Virus record (IMG/VR): IMGVR_UViG_3300032245_000303
Length of the DNA: 20,000 nt
DNA from: an uncultured virus (IMG/VR IMGVR_UViG_3300032245_000303)
Taxonomy: Duplodnaviria; Heunggongvirae; Uroviricota; Caudoviricetes
Reading direction: 5' to 3' (one strand)
Of the stretch, positions 8,395-15,773 are shown in pieces. The notes beneath the pieces are model-generated. The model was not told the DNA's origin. It did not search any database and saw only the letters and a program-made list of their open reading frames with translations. Each line of letters starts with the position of its first letter. Position 1 is the first letter of the stretch. A program made the translations under genes and the position numbers.

Positions 8395-9585
8395 TTAATC
8401 AATATGTACTGCCACACCCACATTAGGTGTCGCACGTTTATTACCTTGTATGCACCATATTAATGGTACACTCCATGCACCCCATGAGTTGCCCAAGTGT
8501 CCGTCTGTCAATACCACTACACATTCGGGTTTGATGCCATGCTCATTCATATAGCTTGGTACACACTCGACCATAGTTCCACCACCACCTTTCGGCTTAG
8601 TAGCTTTAGGTAAGTTGTCTAACTCATCTTGGTTATATACTTCGTGACCACATACTTCGGTATCCCAATAAAGTACACGTACCTTACTTGGCTTGACACT
8701 ATCACATATACCCTTGACTTCTGAAAGAAATGCACGTAGTTCTCTCTCGCCGATTGAACCCGACGTGTCGATTGCTACGACTATCTCACCGATTGACTCA
8801 CTGATACTACTTGGCATTAACATGTTATAACCTATGTATCGTCGATTAGGTTTGCGCCATGTCGAATAGTCTTTGCCTGCACACGTGGTAGATACAAAGT
8901 CTCGTAAGAGTTCGCGCCAATCTTTCTTAGGCTCGAGTAAATCTTTTAAGTCACGTAGTCCACCCGTACCCATCTTGCCTGCCATGATTGCACCTTGACG
9001 TACTGCTTCATCAATCTCACGTGCTAGGGCTTCGGCTTCATCACTCGATAGTTCTTTAGCACCTGCCCAATCATGTTCATCGAAACCTTGCCCATCACCT
9101 TGCTTACCTTGACCTTGCCCTTGACCATCATCACCACTATCCTCTAGTAGTTTAAATACTTGGTCTGTGTTCATGTTGGTGTACTTACTATCCATGAGTC
9201 CACCTTGTGGCATCTTAATCCACTGACTCTTGTATGCGTCTGTGTCTGCAAGTTTAAGGTTAATCACATAGTCACATGCTTGGTTAGTTCGCATAGAGTC
9301 TATCTGATTAAGATGTTGCCATGTACTAAGATGTCGGTACATCTTGTGATAGCACTCATGTAGCATAACAAATCTGAATTCGGCATCACTTAACTTATCT
9401 ACAAATGCTCTGCCATACATTTCATCTTTGCCATTAGTACATGCAGTAGGTACATCATCTACCACCTTCTTACTACCAATCATCAATACACCTGCGAGTG
9501 CTACAAATTCATCTCGACCAATGATGTCGGTCGTTGCTTTATACAAGCGTTGTTCTGCCGTTAAAGTTTTACCTATGTTTAACAT
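8395..9585 (-). CDS. DUF2201-type HExxH metallopeptidase-like + vWA domain protein
   Basis: PTACTNG, HECYH (HExxH), NQACDYVIN, G/Q-rich linker, MIDAS DTSGS, GGGGT, VLTDG. Confidence 0.88.
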   Translation of the reverse strand: MLNIGKTLTAEQRLYKATTDIIGRDEFVALAGVLMIGSKKVVDDVPTACTNGKDEMYGRAFVDKLSDAEFRFVMLHECYHKMYRHLSTWQHLNQIDSMRTNQACDYVINLKLADTDAYKSQWIKMPQGGLMDSKYTNMNTDQVFKLLEDSGDDGQGQGQGKQGDGQGFDEHDWAGAKELSSDEAEALAREIDEAVRQGAIMAGKMGTGGLRDLKDLLEPKKDWRELLRDFVSTTCAGKDYSTWRKPNRRYIGYNMLMPSSISESIGEIVVAIDTSGSIGERELRAFLSEVKGICDSVKPSKVRVLYWDTEVCGHEVYNQDELDNLPKATKPKGGGGTMVECVPSYMNEHGIKPECVVVLTDGHLGNSWGAWSVPLIWCIQGNKRATPNVGVAVHID

Positions 9586-9619
9586 ATCATTCTCCTAGTT
9601 GTTAGTCGGTCGACTAACA

Positions 9620-10744
9620 TTATTTTTTATCGGCACTAAACATAAAGTTATTAGCAATACACCATTCGGTAAACTTCTTATTACTCATGACGATTGCTTG
9701 TTTCTGATACTTAGGGTTTCTCACTTGCATAGCAAACAAGGCTTGTGCTTCTTTATCAAGTCTGTTTAGATATACCATAAACGAGTCAATGAAGTCTTTG
9801 TTCATAGTTGCCAATGCTCGATACACAATCATGACGATTGCTGATGATGACTCTGGAACTTTAGCTTCGAGTGGTTTCGTCTTAATATCTTCCTGTGTTG
9901 GAAGTTGGTCAACCAATTCGATATATGCATCTAGGTCTGCGCCACCACGTGCGCCAATAGTACCAATCAAGTTGGACTTCAAGGCATTGTGACTTAACTT
10001 ATCCTTAGCCCATAACCAATGAGACGCTAACTCGGCTGAACGTGGCGTAAAGAACGCAGGACGTTGAGCCTGTGGGTGATAGATATACGGATTACCACCT
10101 ACTTCGTCGTCGGGTTTATCGACTTCCTCATACGATTGAAATAGTTGTTCACCATTTTCTTTGACCCACATAATAAGTGATGGGTGTATTCCTGCATTGA
10201 ACGCATAATTTTCTATCCATTCAGTTGCAGTTGGTTTCTTCATACGTATAACTGTGATACGATTTCTATGGTGGGGCATAAGTAAGTCACCAACACCTTC
10301 TGTGCCAAGATTAGTCGTTGCAAATACGATAGACTCGGGGTGCAATTTCTTATTCCCCATTGTTCTCTCTAACATAATTCGCATCATGCCATTCTTAACT
10401 GATGGGTTCGCTTTACCAAACTCGTCAATCATTAAGATGATGGGCTTATCATGGTGCATACCCATTTCTTCGTTCGGTACAAACTTTACAAAGTCTTGAG
10501 TGTCATCACTTACTATTTTCGGCAACATCAAATCACCTAAATCTTTAGTGGTACAATCAAAATAACATGGGATATGGTCGGGCAATTTACTTGCCAATAT
10601 CTTAAGGATTGATGACTTGCCTGTACCCATATGACCTTGTACCAATGTTGTCACCTTGTGTCCTGTTGCTAAGATACTGTCTGCACACTCGTCGATAGAT
10701 TGTGCGAATAAACTTTCTGCTGATTGTTTCATGTATGTCTCCAT
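9620..10744 (-). CDS. MoxR/dynein-related AAA+ ATPase
   Basis: Walker A GHMGTGKS, Walker B LMIDEFGK, sensor ATTN, TPRS; adjacent to a vWA partner. Confidence 0.88.
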   Translation of the reverse strand: METYMKQSAESLFAQSIDECADSILATGHKVTTLVQGHMGTGKSSILKILASKLPDHIPCYFDCTTKDLGDLMLPKIVSDDTQDFVKFVPNEEMGMHHDKPIILMIDEFGKANPSVKNGMMRIMLERTMGNKKLHPESIVFATTNLGTEGVGDLLMPHHRNRITVIRMKKPTATEWIENYAFNAGIHPSLIMWVKENGEQLFQSYEEVDKPDDEVGGNPYIYHPQAQRPAFFTPRSAELASHWLWAKDKLSHNALKSNLIGTIGARGGADLDAYIELVDQLPTQEDIKTKPLEAKVPESSSAIVMIVYRALATMNKDFIDSFMVYLNRLDKEAQALFAMQVRNPKYQKQAIVMSNKKFTEWCIANNFMFSADKK

Positions 10745-10778
10745 TTTAAAATTAAGTTAGTCGTCGGACTAACACGTA

Positions 10779-11669
10779 CTACCATGCAAACTCTTTTAAT
10801 AACTCATCAACCTTGCGCTTTGTGTCATGACGTAAATAGTCATCATCACGTAGTGCGTCGGGTGTAATACCTTTTAATGCGTCAGTAATTTTTAACTTAG
10901 CTTTACGCATAGCGTCATCATTCGTCACATTAAACTTGTCGAGTAATTCGACGATGCCAGTCACATTTGTGACAAGTGTATCTCTGAATATCTGCTTGTT
11001 ATCGCCTGCTAACTTCTCACTCATAGATTTCAGTGCGTCATAAGTTCTCTGCCATACATCTTTATAAGCGTTATGCAGTTGTTCCTCATAGTAGTTGGCA
11101 TAACTCTCGTTAAGTTGTTTGAGTGCGTCCTGTCCCACATCAACCCTAAAGTCCCCCACTTCGGGTACAGGGCTATACTTCAATCTAAATGCAAACTTCG
11201 CTGAGACTTCAGATATATCGGGATAGTCCTCGGGATTAAACAAGTTGCCTAGTTTCCCATGCGCACGTGCAATCATGTTGTCGTAGTCATTGATAAACTC
11301 TGTCACTAGCCGATTGAATTCGGCGTCGGCTTCAGTCATCTTTTTGTTATACTCAAAGAATAAGGGAGTTGTAAGTAAACGTAAGCCACTGTCTGACCAT
11401 GGCATAGTTTGGTAATAGTGTGCAGTTCTAGCTGAGCCTGCAAACTTATTGATAGCTTCAAACTTAGGTTCGTCGGCAAATAACTTCTTATGATAATTGC
11501 CTGCCCTTGTCGTTGTATGCTTTTGAGTGTCAATCTCTTGTGATACGCTTTTATCAAACTTGCGTCCTGTCCACAAAGATATGTTTAGTTCTACTAACAT
11601 AGCTGATGATGCTATGCTTGGTGCATTGTTAGTCGGCTGACTAACAGTCGTTGATGTTTCCATTTCCAT
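10779..11669 (-). CDS. DUF3150-like alpha-helical phage protein
   Basis: MLVELNISLWTGRKFD, TMPWSDSGLRLL, LFNPEDYP...KF. This family is typically found next to AAA/vWA genes (recalled). Confidence 0.6.
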   Translation of the reverse strand: MEMETSTTVSQPTNNAPSIASSAMLVELNISLWTGRKFDKSVSQEIDTQKHTTTRAGNYHKKLFADEPKFEAINKFAGSARTAHYYQTMPWSDSGLRLLTTPLFFEYNKKMTEADAEFNRLVTEFINDYDNMIARAHGKLGNLFNPEDYPDISEVSAKFAFRLKYSPVPEVGDFRVDVGQDALKQLNESYANYYEEQLHNAYKDVWQRTYDALKSMSEKLAGDNKQIFRDTLVTNVTGIVELLDKFNVTNDDAMRKAKLKITDALKGITPDALRDDDYLRHDTKRKVDELLKEFAW

Positions 11670-11710
11670 TCTCCTTAGTTGATTTAATAAACTTTACCAC
11701 CATATGATAC

Positions 11711-11739
11711 AGTATAACACACTTTAACATCTTAGTCAA
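11711..11739 (-). promoter_or_regulatory. Strong sigma70-type early promoter
   Basis: Minus strand TTGACT (11739-11734), 17 bp, TATACT (11716-11711), with TGn extended -10; upstream of the DUF3150/AAA/vWA operon. Confidence 0.85.
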
Positions 11740-11741
11740 TG

Positions 11742-11891
11742 TTAGTGGGTGGGTCTACGAATACCATAAACTTTACGCCGTGACTTCGTGATGATGTCGT
11801 TCGCGTCTAACACGTTCTGCATAATGACTTCATCTTTAGTCCATGCGAGTATCACATATTCCTTTCGGTTAATTCTTTTTGTGAGTCGCAT
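11742..11891 (-). CDS. Hypothetical protein (49 aa)
   Basis: Trimmed from the track ORF to MRLTKRINRK..., with a GAGGA SD. Confidence 0.5.
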   Translation of the reverse strand: MRLTKRINRKEYVILAWTKDEVIMQNVLDANDIITKSRRKVYGIRRPTH

Positions 11892-11892
11892 A

Positions 11893-12183
11893 TCAATCCT
11901 CACACGTGCCACTACTGCACATTTTAGCCTCGAGTATTTCACGTTCTAGTTCCTCGACTGCTATATGGTTGATGAGTGTATGCTGATATTCCTTAACGTC
12001 TTTGTATATATCACCTTCTAAAACATTGACGTTTATCAACATTCCTCGGTCTTGCACGTGGTCTTTAATGACTGACTCTATATAGGTCTCGGGTGTAATT
12101 TCGCTACCTAGCGAACCAATCATTCTTAACTTGTCCTCGTCCAATGTCACTTGGGCTACGATACTAAACTTAATTGTTTTCAT
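11893..12183 (-). CDS. Hypothetical protein (96 aa)
   Basis: ORF overlapping its upstream neighbour in the early operon. Confidence 0.7.
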   Translation of the reverse strand: MKTIKFSIVAQVTLDEDKLRMIGSLGSEITPETYIESVIKDHVQDRGMLINVNVLEGDIYKDVKEYQHTLINHIAVEELEREILEAKMCSSGTCED

Positions 12184-12409
12184 TTTCTATCCCTTCCATA
12201 TAGTCTATAAAATCATCTCTATCCATATACGCTTTCAATACTGCTTTTATATGTGTAGCCATGGCTTGTCTATGTTCAACATCTTCACACTCGGGGTCTT
12301 TTAAAAACTCCAAGATAAGTTCATAGTATTCCTGCAAGTCTGTTATTACTATGTCGTTTATTTCACTCTCATCTAGTTCATACCTAATATCAATGGTTTG
12401 ATTACTCAT
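12170..12409 (-). CDS. Hypothetical acidic protein (79 aa)
   Basis: D/E-rich ORF with AAGGA SD. Confidence 0.7.
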   Translation of the reverse strand: MSNQTIDIRYELDESEINDIVITDLQEYYELILEFLKDPECEDVEHRQAMATHIKAVLKAYMDRDDFIDYMEGIENENN

Positions 12410-12585
12410 TTGTCATCTTCCTTTATTTCACGTACTCGACCATAGCCACGTTTTTTACTTTCGTGCATTTCGTCAAGCATTTCTTGATAACGTCTTTTGG
12501 TTTCTCGGTTAATCTTATCTCGCATTAACGTCGCACCACAAAAGAACCCACATACAAACCATACTAAAAAATGTATATATTCCAT
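12406..12585 (-). CDS. Small membrane-anchored protein (59 aa)
   Basis: Not in the ORF track. MEYIHFLVWFVCGFFCGATLMRDKINRE... has a hydrophobic N-terminus, an AAGGA SD and an ATGA overlap with the next gene. Confidence 0.65.
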   Translation of the reverse strand: MEYIHFLVWFVCGFFCGATLMRDKINRETKRRYQEMLDEMHESKKRGYGRVREIKEDDK

Positions 12586-12586
12586 A

Positions 12587-12808
12587 CTATCCTTTCAAAC
12601 TCATGATTGAAAAAATTAACACCATTGCTACTACATACGGCAAAACATAACATACAAAATCTTTTGCCACTTCCTTTACGCGTTCAATTCGGCATCGTCT
12701 TACATGCCGATTGTGTTCTGACATAGCTACGTGCCTGTCATAATTATATGCACGTTGTTTTGTTTCAGTTGTTAGTCTGTCGACTAACTTTTTATTTAGT
12801 GTTTCCAT
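12587..12808 (-). CDS. Hypothetical protein with C-terminal TM helix (73 aa)
   Basis: Hydrophobic tail FVCYVLPYVVAMVLIFSIM; GGGGG SD. Confidence 0.65.
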   Translation of the reverse strand: METLNKKLVDRLTTETKQRAYNYDRHVAMSEHNRHVRRCRIERVKEVAKDFVCYVLPYVVAMVLIFSIMSLKG

Positions 12809-12957
12809 ACTTTAGTCCCCCTTAAAATAATATCGATTGCTAAAAGTTTTGTTTCATTATCTACATCTACTTCTTGTTTCAATTTCTTTTTAAGTTTCAT
12901 TAACGTGTTAATAGGTAAGTCCCGATACTGCACGATATAGCTCTGAATTAAACTCAT
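12796..12957 (-). CDS. Hypothetical protein (53 aa)
   Basis: Not in the ORF track. MSLIQSYIVQYRDLPINTLMKLKKKLKQE...; AGGAG SD; ATGA overlap with the upstream stop. Confidence 0.6.
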   Translation of the reverse strand: MSLIQSYIVQYRDLPINTLMKLKKKLKQEVDVDNETKLLAIDIILRGTKVWKH

Positions 12958-13157
12958 TTTGTTTCTCCTATTCTTTTACCATTAACTTCAATGTCATCAT
13001 AGTTTTCACCTGTCACTACAATGTCATCACCAAAATACTTCTTAAAGATAGGTTCGATTTCACCTACTGATATTATCTCGTAGGCTTCTTCTTCCGTCTC
13101 GGCTTCAACATCAAACATTTCCCGTGACTGCATTATTATTCTGTATCGCTTTGTCAT
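12954..13157 (-). CDS. Hypothetical protein (67 aa)
   Basis: Common small phage early-protein pattern VEAETEEEA; ATGA overlaps. Confidence 0.7.
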   Translation of the reverse strand: MTKRYRIIMQSREMFDVEAETEEEAYEIISVGEIEPIFKKYFGDDIVVTGENYDDIEVNGKRIGETK

Positions 13158-13357
13158 TTTACTAAACCCCCCTTGTTATTCAAACCTTTCAAATCGTCCA
13201 TGTTTGTGATGAGCATGTAATTACTCTTGTGCATAGGTGCTATGGTGTGCTTTACTCGTCGTGCTATTTCCTCACCACATTGTAGGCATACGGCATAACC
13301 TAACCTTGCACGTGCTTGGTGTATCTGATTACCACAATCTTTACAGTGATGCTTCAT
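13154..13357 (-). CDS. DksA/TraR-like C4 zinc-finger protein
   Basis: CKDCGNQIHQARARLGYAVCLQC matches CxxCGxxIxxxR...CxxC; AAGGAG SD. Confidence 0.65.
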   Translation of the reverse strand: MKHHCKDCGNQIHQARARLGYAVCLQCGEEIARRVKHTIAPMHKSNYMLITNMDDLKGLNNKGGLVK

Positions 13358-13391
13358 AATATTCTCCTTAAAATGTTAGTCGGCTGACTAA

Positions 13392-13823
13392 CTACCATGC
13401 ACTTAATCGGTGCGCTAGTTTTGAGTTGGCTATGTTATGTATGGCTCGGTTAATTTCTTCCTCAGTCATACGCATTGATGAGTTGTTCTCGGGTTGTACT
13501 ACGACACCGACTATGCCATAACGAGCTAGTCGTTTCATCTGTTCTGTATCCATAGGTATCGTGGGGCTACTTGGGCGTGTGTGACTCTGTTGTCTTGTGG
13601 TGCTTCGTGAATACTTATCGGTGTTCTCGTACCATGTGGGTGTGCCACCTTCAAACCATTCAGCTACATACATGGGGAAGTGGTAGCCATATGAATAGAC
13701 TACGTATAAATAAGTGGGGCGTGTTTCAGTTGGTGCGTTAGTTTCGGCAAAGGTATTGCTACCTTTGAAATCTGTTAGTCCGTTGACTAACACTCTTGCG
13801 TTCTTGTTTGATGTTGCTTTCAT
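13392..13823 (-). CDS. Hypothetical early protein (143 aa)
   Basis: GGAG SD; first gene after the promoter at 13965-13993. Confidence 0.75.
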   Translation of the reverse strand: MKATSNKNARVLVNGLTDFKGSNTFAETNAPTETRPTYLYVVYSYGYHFPMYVAEWFEGGTPTWYENTDKYSRSTTRQQSHTRPSSPTIPMDTEQMKRLARYGIVGVVVQPENNSSMRMTEEEINRAIHNIANSKLAHRLSAW

Positions 13824-13964
13824 AATGTGTCTCCGTAAAAGTTATACAAAAGTAAAACATATTGTTCGTGAGCCTGATGAGCCTGTCATTAACATACAAC
13901 GTATTAACATGTTATGACATAGTTAGTCGGTGGACTAACAGCAATACCTCGACCACTTAATAAT

Positions 13965-13993
13965 AGTATAACACGTATGTCGGTCTTAGTCAA
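13965..13993 (-). promoter_or_regulatory. Strong sigma70-type early promoter
   Basis: Minus strand TTGACT (13993-13988), 17 bp, TATACT (13970-13965), with TGn. Shares TTGACTAAGA and GTGTTATACT with the promoter at 11711-11739. Confidence 0.85.
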
Positions 13994-14027
13994 GTAAAGT
14001 GATATCAAAGTCTAGTAATTCGTTAGT

Positions 14028-14306
14028 TATATTATTAATATATATTATATTATATTATAAAGTATTTGAACCTATTGAACCTTATTTGTTCTTTAATGCC
14101 CCTTGGTACGACTGCTTTGTACCTTTGTTCCTTTTGAACCCTGCTTTTTAGTGTGTCGGGCAAAAATGGATTTAAGTTAAGAAATATTGAAAAGGTAAGG
14201 TCTGTTTGGCGAAACACTCAAAAACATGGGTTCAATAGGTTCAATACGAACAAAACTTAATAATCAATGACTTACGGGGTTCAATACAAGGTTCAATTGG
14301 GTTCAA
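14028..14306. repeat. Origin-like region: AT tract, GGTTCAA iterons and IHF consensus site
   Basis: Pure A/T run about 14028-14061. TTGAACC at 14066, 14075, 14134. GGTTCAA at 14229, 14238, 14278, 14290, 14300. Perfect 16-bp inverted repeat 14066-14081 / 14229-14244. AATCAATGACTTA at 14262-14274. Confidence 0.65.
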
Positions 14307-14325
14307 TACAAAGTTAAAATAAGTC

Positions 14326-14354
14326 TTGCACATGAACAAAAAAAGTGATATGCT
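14326..14354 (+). promoter_or_regulatory. Putative sigma70 promoter for the cell-wall hydrolase gene
   Basis: TTGCAC (14326-14331), 17 bp, TATGCT (14349-14354), with TGn. Confidence 0.55.
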
Positions 14355-14383
14355 GTGAAGCATATCAGTTAGACAAGGCAACA

Positions 14384-14884
14384 ACCCTATGCTTTACGCT
14401 TTATAAAGTCACTGGTATACATTGTTAGTCCACTGACTAACATATTAATAGGAGAACTATATGGTGAACTTATTACCACAAGTTGCTTGTATGGCTATCG
14501 CTTTAATTGGTGAAACATACGGGGCTAACAATATCGAACTCACTCATGGTGTAGGTTATGTCATTATGAACCGAGCCAATCAAGATGTTAATAGGATATG
14601 TTCCGTGACCGAAGCACCTTATCAGTTTGATGGTGTTAGAAAAGTATTACAAGGTAAGATGTATATAGATGAAAAGACTTTGTTATCTTATGAGTTAATA
14701 TCTTTACAGATAATGAACAAGCAAGTCACTAATCCAGTTGGCAATGCTACACATTTTCATGATGACCGAGTAAAACCTTTTTGGTCTGTAGGTAGAAAAA
14801 AAATAATACGTATTGATAACATGACATTCTACTGAGCCGAAACTAATTTACCCTGTGCTACACGCGTTAAATAGTCACTGGTAT
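14384..14884 (+). repeat. 35-bp imperfect direct repeats (14384-14418 and 14850-14884) flanking the hydrolase gene
   Basis: ACCCTATGCTTTACGCTTTATAAAGTCACTGGTAT vs ACCCTGTGCTACACGCGTTAAATAGTCACTGGTAT; 29/35 identical, last 12 nt identical. Confidence 0.75.
14461..14835 (+). CDS. SleB/Hydrolase_2-family cell wall hydrolase
   Basis: CMAIALIGE (catalytic Glu), VGYVIMNR, ICSV...PYQF, ATHFH, PFWS, IDNMTFY; AGGAG SD. Confidence 0.85.
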   Translation: MVNLLPQVACMAIALIGETYGANNIELTHGVGYVIMNRANQDVNRICSVTEAPYQFDGVRKVLQGKMYIDEKTLLSYELISLQIMNKQVTNPVGNATHFHDDRVKPFWSVGRKKIIRIDNMTFY

Positions 14885-14942
14885 CTTTTCGCATAGCGAA
14901 ATATTCAGTAAGATATTAATGTTAGTCTTGCGACTAACAGGC

Positions 14943-14970
14943 AAAAAAAAGCCACCAATTAAGGTGGCTT
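14943..14970 (-). terminator. Rho-independent terminator
   Basis: Minus strand AAGCCACC-TTAATT-GGTGGC followed by T8; just after the stop of 14977..15186. Confidence 0.8.
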
Positions 14971-14976
14971 AAGATA

Positions 14977-15186
14977 TTAATATTTAGCTGGGTTATTTTT
15001 AAGTTCATAATCATTCTCACAATTTAATTCAAATTCCAAATCTATCGTGTGAGTTAAAACTATATGTCTGAGTTCCTCTAAAAATTCCAATTTATCGAAA
15101 GTAGAAAATTTAAAAAAATCTAATTCCATTAAATCAGCTTCAAGTTTAATTTTGTATTCATTCAATAAAACTTTATCGTGAGTCAT
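14977..15186 (-). CDS. Hypothetical acidic protein (69 aa)
   Basis: AGGA SD; followed by a terminator. Confidence 0.65.
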   Translation of the reverse strand: MTHDKVLLNEYKIKLEADLMELDFFKFSTFDKLEFLEELRHIVLTHTIDLEFELNCENDYELKNNPAKY

Positions 15187-15225
15187 AATTTAGTTTCCTA
15201 TAAAAATGTTAGTCATAAGACTAAC

Positions 15226-15259
15226 AAAAAAAAGAAGGGTTAGCTTTCACTAACCCTTC
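15226..15259 (-). terminator. Rho-independent terminator
   Basis: 10-bp stem GAAGGGTTAG / CTAACCCTTC, 6-nt loop, T8 on the minus strand; after the stop of 15267..15773. Confidence 0.85.
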
Positions 15260-15266
15260 AACCTGT

Positions 15267-15773
15267 TTACTTAACCATTGCTTTCGCACTAGCTACGATT
15301 TTCTTGAAACCTGCTATATCAAAATTAGGTTCCTCAATCTTTTCTGCTACTTCTATCGCGTCATTGAGTGAGTCAATGATACGTTCTACTGCACTACGTG
15401 TGACGCGTGGCGCCGTTGATTTTGGCGTTTCAAAATCTATCAAAGCGCGTTTTACTTTTCCATAATAAGAGCCGACTTGCATTTGCGCGTAGCGCTTTTC
15501 GGTCTTATCGCTTTCGCTAAGCGTCTTAGTATCCTTAGCTAACAATGACTGCCATGTCACAGGCAACCCTTTTATAATTGCTTGAGTGATACCAAATTGC
15601 AACGTGGCGTTTGGGTTCGCGTCAGTCTTTTTGCTAGGCTTATCTAACATTGATGACTTCACACCATCTGCGACTAGTAAATCAGTCATCTTTTTAGTTT
15701 TACCTTTTACATCTTGAGTAGCACTAACAACGTTAGTGATTGATACTTGAGTTAGTTCTTTTAATGTAGCCAT
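15267..15773 (-). CDS. Hypothetical basic protein (168 aa), first gene of the early arm
   Basis: AGGA SD, own terminator, K/A/T-rich; TATAAT on the minus strand at 15839-15834. Confidence 0.8.
   Translation of the reverse strand: MATLKELTQVSITNVVSATQDVKGKTKKMTDLLVADGVKSSMLDKPSKKTDANPNATLQFGITQAIIKGLPVTWQSLLAKDTKTLSESDKTEKRYAQMQVGSYYGKVKRALIDFETPKSTAPRVTRSAVERIIDSLNDAIEVAEKIEEPNFDIAGFKKIVASAKAMVK

Noticed and set aside
9085..9135. Short repeats CCTTG(A/C) in the vWA gene
   Set aside because: Explained by the GQGQGKQGDGQG low-complexity linker typical of this family.
15722..15738. CACTAAC-AAC-GTTAGTG inverted repeat
   Set aside because: Arms are in the opposite order with a 3-nt spacer, it is a single copy inside a CDS, and it is probably chance.
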